Below, piece by piece: positions 24,246 to 34,799 of a stretch of 39,756 nucleotides of DNA. The notes under the pieces were generated by a model that saw nothing but the letters and a program-made list of their open reading frames with translations, ran no database searches and was not told the DNA's origin. Numbering within the stretch: position 1 is the first letter of the stretch; each line of letters starts with the position of its first letter. The position numbers were made by a program, and so were the translations under genes. Source of the stretch: Squatina squatina (taxonomy: Eukaryota); contig JARFOE010000120.1 in assembly GCA_031763465.1 (NCBI GenBank), positions 8,795,764-8,835,519 on the forward strand. Reading direction: 5' to 3'.

Positions 24246-24375
24246 GAACAGGGGCTGAGAGACTTTGTGCAGTGAGCTGGGAGGCTGTGAGCAGGGGGCT
24301 GTGTGCAGGGACTGAGAGACTTTGTGCAGTTAGCTGAGAGTCTGTGAACAGGGGGCTGTGAGCAGGGACTGTGTG
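24246..24375. repeat. About 60-bp imperfect tandem duplication
   Basis: ctgagagactttgtgcagt(g/t)agctg...cagggggctgtg...cagggactg occurs twice. Confidence 0.7.
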
Positions 24376-24789
24376 CTGTTATGTTTCTGCTGTGAACTGA
24401 CTAAAGTGAGCAGTCAGGAAGGCTGTATGTGAGAGACATGCAGCTAAAAGCTACTAAGTGGCTTATAAAGAAGTTAGAAGCACTTAAGTCAATGACCTCT
24501 TAAGTGGCCTGTCAGGTTGCAAGTAAACTCTGGAATTCAGNNNNNNNNNNNNNNNNNNNNNNNNNNNNNNNNNNNNNNNNNNNNNNNNNNNNNNNNNNNN
24601 NNNNNNNNNNNNNNNNNNNNNNNNNNNNNNNNNNNNNNNNAAGCTGTCTGTGAGTTTTTTTCTAAGTGTCAAGTTGCTGGAATTTAAATTTTTTTTCAAA
24701 GGCGTGAACTTAGTGCTCCCAAATTCTTCCGTCCTTGCCAGAAACTCAGGGCCGTCTAATTGGGCGCCCTAAATGCTTTGTTCACTGAT

Positions 24790-25210
24790 GGGTAATAGGA
24801 CAAAGGGTGTTCCCCAGCAACATATATTGGGGCCTCAGCGTTTCACCATCTATGATATAACTTGGATCAAGGAACATAAAGTTGTATATCCAAGTTTGCA
24901 GATGACAGTAATTTAGGAGGCATGGTTGTAGGGGTGGGACAAGGAAGTTAAAAATGACATAGATAGATTGAATGGGCAAAACTTGACAGATGGAATTCAA
25001 TGTGGGAACTTCATCCCATTTGAATCTAAGAAATACACATCAGATTATTTTCTTAATAATGAGAGATTATGAGCAAAAGGTGTGCATGCACACAAATCAC
25101 CAAAGGGTAGTGCACAGGCACAAATAACAATAAAAAAGGTAAATGAAATAGGCTTCATCTCAAAGGGGTAGGAATTCAAAAGTGAGGAAGTGCTGCTTCG
25201 GTTCCATAGA
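24790..25210 (+). mobile_element. CR1 LINE RT fragment (decayed)
   Basis: ggtgttccccag...ttggggcctcagcgtttcaccatct...tccaagtttgcagatgac (GVPQ..LGPQ.FTI..SKFADD). Confidence 0.8.
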
Positions 25211-25799
25211 TCCTTCGGCGTTCTTAAAAAATGTCTTGAAATGAGATCAACTGTTCTGCACACAAAGGAAAATGTTAAGCATAACTGCAATAATTCCTAA
25301 TACAATATGTGCCTGTAAGCACTAATTTTGGCCATTCATTTTGCAATTCTGTAAAAATATGCCAGGATCCATTCAGTTCCAAGAAACCCTATTGAATGGG
25401 ACTGTCACGAGGATCGAGAGTCAAACCCTTCAGCTGCACAGCGAACCGGTGAGAGGGTGAAATCGCGAGTACTTGCCGAAAATTAAAAGAATATCATCAA
25501 ACCTTATTTGTGAGGCCCACTGGTGTCGTTATTTAAGGTTCAGATCATTAAACAGCGGTCCCCATTGGAGATCTTCCGGTATCATTCCTGCGAACACGTA
25601 ATGCGTATGGGTGTAAAGTGCAGAAGGTAAACTCTCTTCATTAACTAATTCTCATGAATTCGAACTTCTGTCTGTGTCATTCTATATGAACCAAGACGAG
25701 GGAACTCTCTCAATGTCAGGCTCCTGTGGATGACATTCCCTGTAGACATATCCGTGCATGCAATCATCACGGAGGAGGAAAGACAGCACATAATGGAAC

Positions 25800-26480
25800 A
25801 AAGAAGATTTAGGCAGCTTTGAAGAAGGATGCAGCCTATCAAGTGTTACTCCATATGCGGACTTATGAGGAGTTGTGAGTAAGATGAGTGTACTTTCCCA
25901 ACGCGGTAATAGGGCAGTTCCGTTACCTACCGCAGGACGACCTGTCGACATGCTCACTTTGTGGCTATGCAGGTAATAACCGCCGTCAACTTTTGAGTCA
26001 CAGCGTAATTCTAGGCACCCGTCAGCAATCTCTGCAATAGCATCCGGGCAATCGTACCGGCTGTGCATTCATTATGTTGTTTTCGCCCTTCGTGGAAGAG
26101 CAGGCAAGTTCGTCACCTTTGGCAGTATGGCAAGGTAACGGCAAGATATGGCCACCTGCTTTTACTGGTATGCTTGTAGTTGAAAGGCTACAATCAATGA
26201 CAAACATGTGGCTTTCCGCAGTCCCACACAACAGCCTCTCAACTACATCGACAGGAGCGGCTTCCAATCCCTGAATGTATCAACTGTGTGTGGCCACATG
26301 CAGAGAATCCATCATATCAACACGCTGATCTCTTCAGGGAAGAAAATCACATCAATGGCTTTTGGGTGACATTTCCTGCATCCTGCGCAATGCATTATCC
26401 TCCCAGTAAGAATGGCCCGAGAACGGCAGAGGAGCACTACAAGGGAGTCAAATTCTTCTACTGGATTGGTCATTGGGAGC
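25800..26480 (+). mobile_element. Decayed PIF/Harbinger transposase fragment
   Basis: VAMQVITAVNF*VTA*F*APVSNLCNS, ATINDKHVA and NYIDRSGFQSLNVSTVCGHMQRIHHINT are collinear with HARBI1-type motifs (VAVKVT.ALNF, GAIDCTHVA, NRKGFHSLNVQLVCDH), with multiple stops. Confidence 0.65.
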
Positions 26481-27724
26481 GCCATCAGGGCCTGAAAGGC
26501 ACGTTTTCGTTGCCTGGGCAGATTTGGAGTGGCTCTGCAGAATAACCAAAATGTTATGTCACGGATAGTTATAGCTAGCTGTACTGAATATCTACCTAGC
26601 AGATTCGAATTTATTGGGTATTAACGCAGAACCGGCGGTACTGCCCGCCCGTTACACTCCCTGCTCGACATTCAGTTGTATTGCCTTCAATCGACCCGTG
26701 AACAACAAGCGGTCGACGCCATTCATTCCAAGTGAGATCCCTGTGTGTCATATGCTACTATACCAGTAGGTGACAGTGTTGTACCAAATATATTTCATAC
26801 ACACTGGAATGTGACATTTCATTTCCTTTCTGAATTGTACACATACGGCAATTTCGCGTTTATGAAAATCACACCGTTATTAGAATAGTAACAATTTAAA
26901 CGAGACAAATTACCTGCTAAACTAGCCATATTTTTATATAATCATTTTGATGCTTGCTAAATCGCCTTTTACTGAAACCTCCTGCTGTTTAGCTTTGGTC
27001 TAAAGAATTCCAGCAATCTAATATAAAACATGTATTAGACTCCATGTCACAGAATAAATCCATAATTGACAGATATTACTACTGACGTCTGGGTTATTTC
27101 TCATAGTTTAAATCGGGTGTCCTAAGCTTTCTGCCGAACCACGCCCAATGTACCCTGCGATTTCTATATTTCCTCCTTTACGAGCCATTCTATAATACGC
27201 TCTACCATATGAAACTGTTAACCTATTATATTATACACTCTCCAGACCACCAGTGAGAAAAATATTGCCAACAATGTGTTTTTAAAACAGGAAATACAGG
27301 ATGATATTTGCCGAGAGCAGTTACACAGAAAATGTTCATCAAGTTTGTCAATCGACTTTTCTAATTTTATTGATTCGGTCCTCAGCAATTCTGAGGGTAT
27401 ATAATAGCAAAAAGTAATTTGGCTGATTTTGGCCAAAGTATCTGAAGAGTCGCCCACATTTACTTGTGGATCCTTATCTGAACTCATAACCCTCAGTCCT
27501 CTCCCAGTGCGATTATTAAATCGTCACATCTTGCTCTCTTCTGTGACCACTGAAAATTTTACTTTTTCAAATCTTCAGACAATTACAGTGAAATCGCGCT
27601 GAGGTGTAACATTCAACATACATGATTGAAATGTATTTGTGATTGCTACTTTTAAAGGGTCAACTCTCCCATTGAAATATCAAACAAGGGAATTTCATAC
27701 AAAGGTTCAACGATGATATCACAC

Positions 27725-27792
27725 ATCTATCCAACTGACTATCTCGCTATCTTTCTATCTCTCTCTCTATCTATCTGTCTATCTGTCGATCT
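27725..27792. repeat. Degenerate (CTAT)n/(CT)n microsatellite
   Basis: ctatctcgctatctttctatctctctctctatctatctgtctatctgtc. Confidence 0.6.
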
Positions 27793-28099
27793 AAGGGAGT
27801 ACATCTTTAATAAAATCGCACCTCAGAATCTCCTTATCCAGCTCTTCCCGAGGACCCCATAGCTATTAAACCGCGTAACCCCTCAGCTTCCCCTCTCTAT
27901 TACAATCTTCAGGCTTCTCAAACCCAAGCCTGCGGTCACGTAATCATTTATCCTTTTTTCACCGCACCTTTTCTTTTTCTGTATTCAAGCATTCTCGTGT
28001 TCTTTTCTTGGCTTTAATCTCTTTCTACTTTTTAATGGCTGAAATGTACATAGCGGAAAAGTCAGTAAACGCAGGCCTTGGACTCCAATAGCACGAGGC

Positions 28100-28166
28100 C
28101 ACGTGGATGGAGATTTGCATGAATAATTAATATTCAGTGACGTTGCGATGTTTAAAACTTCTTAAG
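28100..28166 (+). promoter_or_regulatory. IgL V promoter of cluster 2
   Basis: CACGTG 28100-28105, ATTTGCAT 28113-28120, TGACGT 28138-28143 and cttaag near 28161. Confidence 0.85.
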
Positions 28167-28242
28167 AGAGGTTTAGAAAAAGCCCAGAACCACATTCGTC
28201 TCAGGATTTATTTTCCTTCTGACCTTCACCAGAACCTTCACC

Positions 28243-28291
28243 ATGACTGAATGGGTTCGAGTTCTCGCCGCACTGATGTTCTATCTCCACA
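28243..28291 (+). CDS. Ig light chain cluster 2 leader exon
   Basis: caccATG; MTEWVRVLAALMFYLH-S; A|gtaagt. Confidence 0.93.
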
Positions 28292-28434
28292 GTAAGTGCA
28301 GGCGCTAACCTTCAGCATCGCTGCTTTGTATATTGCCCTGATTTTTTGCGATGCTTGTGCTGAATGGATCTGAATTATAAGCAATATTAAAAGGGTACAA
28401 ATTGTGACTAATCAATAACTTGTTATTTCACCAG

Positions 28435-28779
28435 GTACAAACGCGGATCCTGTCCTGACCCAGCCACCGTCCATCTCCACCTCCCCGGGGAGAACCGTCA
28501 CGGTCACCTGTACCCTATCCGGAGGCAGCATCGGCAGTTACTACACGAGCTGGTACTGGCAGAAACCCGGCAGTGCCCCTGTGCTTGTGTGGTATGGGAG
28601 CAGCAGAGCTTCGGGGATTCCAGATCGATTTACCGGGTCTGTGGACTCATCGAGTAACAAGATGCATTTAACCATCACCAACGTGCAATCGGAGGACACC
28701 GCCGATTATTACTGCGCTGCGAGACGTAGCAGTCCCTATAGAATCTTCTTCGGGAGCGGAACCAAGATGAATCTGGGCA
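28435..28779 (+). CDS. Ig light chain cluster 2 germline-joined VJ exon (lambda-like type II)
   Basis: ttcaccag|GT ACA AAC GCG GAT CCT...; [57 protein letters not shown]...[24 protein letters not shown]|gtaagt. Open frame, no RSS. Confidence 0.94.
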
Positions 28780-31189
28780 GTAAGTAAACTATTCGCAATG
28801 CACAGCTTTGGGTTTGCCAGCTACCAGTTTTCGATTTTTTTCGTCTAAATTCCCTCGATCAAAACAATCGTCCGCGTCCGAGCCTCTCACAGCGTTAATC
28901 TTTTTTTTAAATTTCCAAATCGCGCATTAAACTGTCCGCTAACACTGCTAACACTGCGAATAAATGAATCCATTTAGGTAAATTTCTTGGTAGGCTGAAT
29001 TATTGCAAGTCAAGATTATTGCCCTCATAATATATTCATTCCGAAGTAGTGAAACAGCGACCAGTGTTATTTAAGAGATAGCAAAGCACAACGGGCGCCC
29101 GATTTCAGGGAGATTGTCAAGGCCCTGGGGAGATAACAGAATCCATTTATTAATATTCTGCTAGTACAGATAGGTTTTAGTTAAGTCAAGAGACGAGAGA
29201 AGCACATTTCACTAGAAGTTTGTTGTGCGATCTGCGAAAAATGTTCAGAATCACGAGTCATTTTGTTGTAACAAATTAAAAAATATAATTTTCACCAATC
29301 GGTTAGGCGGCAACCAGAGGACATAAATTTAACAGCGTTTATAAAAGAACGCGGCTAAAAGGGAAGCGGATAAACATGTAATAATAACAAAAAAGAAGGT
29401 AAGGGAATTGGACTGAGTGGGCAGATCTTTCAAGGTGCTGGGCGGGCGAATTCAGCTTCCTACTGAGCTGTACAATTCTCTGATGCTGCGCACACGGCCC
29501 TTCTAGCCCCGCTAGAATATGTTCTTGGTAAAAGGTTATAAAACAAAATTGAAACTTTTGAAATCGATGCCTTTTGCTTTCCCATTAAAGCACTGCCGCG
29601 ATTTAATCCCCATTCTTGGATCCAGACTGCGGAAGGATAGTGTGGCGATTTGTTGTGACTCACTCCCACTCGTCTCCAAACACAGTGAAAACCATTCAGT
29701 ATATTCATTCTCGTCCAACTGTCCGGGTATCTATTTTTAACAAGTTATGGGCTTGTTATCTTCCTCTCAAGAATTTTGTTTGAATAATGCCTCGAAATAG
29801 CTTTTCAGATTTTTTTCACCTGCTTTTGTACTCTCGCCATTGCGCTTTGCTGCTGGTGCTGTGATTAGTGCGAGTGAGAGGATTAATATTGTCAAAAATG
29901 CAGATACTATATCGCTATTTGGCAGTGGTTATTCGACTACATCTGGGAGTAATTGGCTATCGTGAAAAGGAAAAAAACGTCCTCATTTAAATCATCAGTT
30001 GTTACATTAAGAATACATCTCTGGTACAAATTACAGTCCAAACCAGTGTCGAATTCTTAGACAATAATTTAAACTGGCAGCAAAACCTGCTGAATAATCT
30101 CACGGGACTCCAAATATTTCAGTACCAGAAAGTTCAGCTAATCTCCTGGCGCTGCAGGGAAATTACACCAACTGTGACAATAGGGGTTGGAGGCTCTTCC
30201 GGACTACTCCCAGTTTCAGTCCCCAAATTGTATAGAAAGCAAAAGGAAGTTCTTAGTTCCAAGGCGAACGCCTCGGAATAGCAATAGATTGTTAAATCAA
30301 CCCAGCAAACCTGGTATTGGCGAGACGCGCTGCTGCAGCTGACACTGCGCTTCAATACCAGAAACATTTGTAGCGACCCAAACTCTAATTCAACGATTCT
30401 ATTAAATCGCGGCTGTGCTTTAAAGAGAAAAAAAATGTTTCAGCCTTTTCGTCGGTGCACTACATTACATAAAGCATTTACCGAGGGTTTGTTTTTGGCA
30501 GCTGGTGCTTGTAACATACGGTCGGTGCGAACGGTCGTCTGAAGCGATAGGAGATGACGGCAGTCCAGATTCAACGTTCTTACATTGGGTTATGTTTCAT
30601 TGTTATTATCATAGGAACATTAATATTTAATATTATTGGTATTACTTTCATATTGAGGTTATTATTGGGATAATATTAATATAATTATTCACAGTACAGC
30701 CGTTATATGTTGTAACCTGTTTTTTTTTAATGACATTGTTTTTTGATAAACTGTCCCCGAAGATGTCTCCAAACAGCGTATTTCGAGTTTGGTAGAATTA
30801 TTCCGATAGTCTTTTGAAGTTATAGTTACTGTTCGGCAGTGGCGCGGAACCTTGTGGAAACGACGAGCCGAGCAGAGCAGGCGTGGCAGTGATGGTGCAC
30901 AAGCCCAGATATTAGTCCAATATTTCCGTCAAATAAAGTGCTAAATTTGAGAAAGAAGCACTAATCGAGATTAAACTCATTCGTTAAGCAAAGCAGTATC
31001 TTTGCAGTCACTATTGGTTCTAATACTGGTTCCAATATTTATCCCAAATTCGGATTTATCCTTAAATCGCAGCTCCTGGGACCCAATATCTGTGGCAAAT
31101 TGAGTAGGACAGTAATTTCGTTGTAATACCGTGCACCCAGTGTTATTTTTGTCATTTTATTATTTTCTGAGCCTATTTTTTCACAAATG

Positions 31190-31682
31190 CGATGCCAAGA
31201 CCTTGGAGAGAGTGCAGAGGGTTTTATGGTACCATTGGTACCAGTGACCAGGAGCTTCAGTTATGTCGAGAGAGGAGAGAAACTGGGGTTGTTCTACTTC
31301 GAGCGGAGAAGAATAAGGGGAGATTTAACGAGATGTTCCAAATTATGAAGGGTTTTGATAGAACAGATAGGGAGCAACAGTTTGCATTGGCAGGCTGATC
31401 GATAACCTGTAAGATAATTGGCAAAAGAAGCAGGATGGAGATGAGGAGAAATTTGTCATACTGCAAGTTGTTATGATTTGGAATGCACTGTCTGAAAGGG
31501 TGGTGGAAGCAGATTCAATAGTAACATACAAAAGGGAATTGGACATATACTTGAAAAGGAAAATGTGCAGGGCTATGGGGAAGGAGAAGGGGAGTGCGAC
31601 GAATTGGAGGGTCCTTTCAAACAGCCGGGATAGGCACGATGGATCGAATGGTCTCCTGTGCTATGAGATTCTGTCATTCTGT
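31190..31682 (+). mobile_element. CR1 LINE 3' end in the cluster 2 J-C intron
   Basis: LERVQR, FQIMKGFDR, IWNALSERVVEADSIVTYKRELDIYL, then a 3' UTR ending ...ctcctgtgctatgagattctgtcattctg. Confidence 0.85.
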
Positions 31683-32032
31683 GAAATATGGAAACATTTC
31701 TAATGACTCGCTAACGTTTAACGGGGAAATGAAATGGTACAAAACTGAAAGAGAAATTATGTCTTGGAGGACTGATATTTGTGATACGCTATACCTTATG
31801 CGTTTTTCCATGTCGGAAAAATAGGAAAATGTTCTCGGGTTGTAAATGTTCTAGATCTGCGGGCCCCTGTGATGGTAGAAGTGACACTAATGAGCGCCCG
31901 TTATATACAATTTCACACACGTTTGTAAAGTGACACCGAATTTTGCTGTAAGATTTGAAGAAAGAGAAACATCAATTCCGATTTTTATGTCAATTAACTA
32001 TGGATCTTCTTGAATTGTGTTCTACGTTTCAG

Positions 32033-32355
32033 ATCCGCGGGCCCCCTCGGTGTCTGTCCTTCCGCCTTCATCGGATCAAATCGCAGCGAAGAACAGGGCG
32101 ACCCTGGTGTGTTTGGTGAGCGGCTTTAACCCGGGCGCTGTGGAGATTGAGTGGACTGTCGATGGCAGTGTGAGAGGGAATGGTGTTGAGACCAGTCGGA
32201 TCCAGCAGGAGACGGACAACACGTTCAGTGTGAGCAGTTATCTGACTCTGCAATCCTCAGAGTGGAACTCACACGAGCTTTACTCCTGTGTGGTTAAACA
32301 CGAGACTCAGGCAAACCCGCTTCAGACAAGCATCACCAGATCCAGCTGTGTCTGA
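32033..32355 (+). CDS. Ig light chain cluster 2 constant exon
   Basis: cgtttcag|AT CCG; PRAPSVSVLPPSSDQIAAKNRATLVC...ITRSSCV*. I count 7 amino-acid differences from the cluster 1 C exon. Confidence 0.95.
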
Positions 32356-32584
32356 TTCAAGAATTGTTTGTGTTGTCCTGTTCTACCATTAGTTTTCATT
32401 CTCTAAATATAAATTCTTTAAATATAAATTCCGTATTCTGGTATTACGTGTTTGATTTTAAGTGGAATATTTCATATCACAACAGATGAGCAGTTTGTTC
32501 GCTGCATTCTGCAGTCAGAATTTTACAACGTTTTCATCCTGACCTGATCAAAGTTCCAGTGCAACGTCACAAATACCGCAGTGT

Positions 32585-32590
32585 AATAAA
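32585..32590 (+). promoter_or_regulatory. Cluster 2 polyadenylation signal
   Basis: cagtgtAATAAAatg, paralogous to 18437. Confidence 0.8.
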
Positions 32591-34252
32591 ATGGTTCTTC
32601 AATTGTCTCAGGGGATGTTGGTCTTTCTTTGTCCGATATTTCTGTACCAATCCATAGCCACTTTATAAATTTGACTAAATGGTGCAGTTTTATCTATTGC
32701 GAAATTCTGCACATTTTATGGACAGCACTTGAAATCAGTCAGAATAGCGAGTTGCAGAAACCGGGAAAAAATTCTTACAATGCATTTTTAAAACCGATTT
32801 GCTTAAATTCATTGAATTACACGAATTCAAATTTGGCCCAAGTGATCTAGCCATTATTTATACTCCACACCAGCCTCCTTCCCTCCACCCAACATTAAAA
32901 CCATCTCGTTTACAGCATGGGATGCGAGGGTGGGTGGAACGGGCGGCCAAGAAATAGCTATTAAAGTAAAAATTTTAAATGAAAAGGCGGATGTGCAAAT
33001 AGCAGAGCATTGTGAGCACAGAATCAGATCGATAAAGAGTTGACACTTTTATTTGATTCCACTAATTTCTTCAGTGGCTGAGCAAGTTCTGTGCTGGTGG
33101 TGAAACGCCTCCACTATCCTGTACAGGGAGAGGAGAGGGCATCGGCAGCTCAGGCTGGCAACTGCTTCTTTGATTACAGTACCACTCCTATTTTTAACAC
33201 TGCAAAGTCAGAACTTCGGTCTGTGGCTCCAATGACTTGAGACCCACCCAACAGATGAGTCTCCCAAAAGTTGAACGCAACATTGCCGTATTTACAAGAA
33301 GTCAGCAGCGGATTCATATTGTAAGTAGGCTATTAGCAGTGGGCAGCTTAGTACCTTAGTACGTTTAGCAAGGTGGTCGCACTGCAGGTAAAGGCTGCAC
33401 AGGCAGAAAAGGNNNNNNNNNNNNNNNNNNNNNNNNNNNNNNNNNNNNNNNNNNNNNNNNNNNNNNNNNNNNNNNNNNNNNNNNNNNNNNNNNNNNNNNN
33501 NNNNNNNNNNNNCCCTCCTGAAACACCAACCTGGAAACCTTTCTGCAACAAGTCTTATATGAAACCTGGAGTGAACGGCTAATAAAACATCTTCATTATC
33601 ATGCTAAACTCTTGTGTCAGATTTCAGTGGCATGTTGGTGTCAGTGGTAGGTTCGGAGCTGTACTCGAGCTTTGTCTAACTCTGTCCCAGGACAGCATTA
33701 TGGCCTGGACTTTTCCCGGTCTCCTGTAACTTTGAAGGAGATCGGGCAGAACTCAGAGAAACAACATAAGCAGCCATTTTTGCTATTTCTCCAGGAGTTC
33801 GCCAGAGAAATCCACTCCCTTCTTACAGAAAATCCCAGCTTATGTCACTGAGTACTTGACTCATTGAGCGCTTGCACTCCTCGCCTTCAAATAAAGCCAA
33901 TTGCCTGAAGTCAGACCCATTTGAAAACATTTATTAGTAAAGAGTATTTTCCACATAAGCATTCCGATGCAGATACGTCTCTGAATGGTCTTCAATTGTA
34001 CTGACAAGATATTAAATACAAACCCAAACAAACAAGCAGGATATGTAAATGATATGGTGGCTCTAGACAGAGTAGGCCCGACACATGGTCACCCTCCAGC
34101 TGTCTCTAGAGTATAACAGGAAACACGTGACACATTCTGTACAGTGCAGTTCCCCCAGAGGAGTGGCCTGTGTCTTGTCCCGCCTTCTTCATTCCTATTT
34201 AATTTGGCTGGAGAGGTGAGTCTTTGTTCTTCACTCAGTTTCATTCCGTCAC

Positions 34253-34309
34253 TCACTGGTCCTGCATTTGCTGTTGCATTCGTTGCAACATTTCCTGCAT
34301 TCGCCGCAG
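34253..34309 (-). CDS. SEPTIN5: Septin 5 last coding exon
   Basis: Minus strand ctttctttctgcag|CTG CGG CGA ATG CAG GAA ATG TTG CAA CGA ATG CAA CAG CAA ATG CAG GAC CAG TGA = LRRMQEMLQRMQQQMQDQ*, versus the human SEPT5 C-terminus LRRMQEMLQRMKQQMQDQ. Not captured by the ORF track. Confidence 0.88.
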   Translation of the reverse strand: MRRMQEMLQRMQQQMQDQ

Positions 34310-34651
34310 CTGCAGAAAGAAAGTCGCACTTACTGAGCACCGTCAGCTACTGCTACACATCAGTGACAAGTAGCAACTAGGCTCTCCATTACTGACCACT
34401 ACACACTGACTCATTATGCATCAAGCCCCTACAGTCAGACAATATTTATCTAAAGAGTTTGGGAACATCCATATTCAGATAATGAATAATCCAGATAGGT
34501 TGGCTGCATATTAATTGAATGTTATATAATATTAAATGATATTCATTTACTATGAAAACTGGCACTTAGTATAATGAAAGGTTTCTACATCCATGACATG
34601 GAGGTGCAAATGGTTTGGCCACCTGGTCAATTCAAAGATTTGAGGTCGGAT

Positions 34652-34799
34652 TTTCAACTTGCTGCCCGGGTGTAACACCAGCGTTGCAGATCAGCTGCCT
34701 ATTATAGAAACTGCCCAATTTTCATTTCTAATGATTTTAATGGAAATTATGGGCAGCCAACTTGCAAGATCAGTTTCACATCTGAGCAGCAAGTTGAAA
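34652..34799. mobile_element. About 150-bp palindromic MITE-like element
   Basis: Perfect 14-bp inverted repeat TTTCAACTTGCTGC (34652-34665) / GCAGCAAGTTGAAA (34786-34799), with inner arms ctgccca/tgggcag. Confidence 0.65.
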
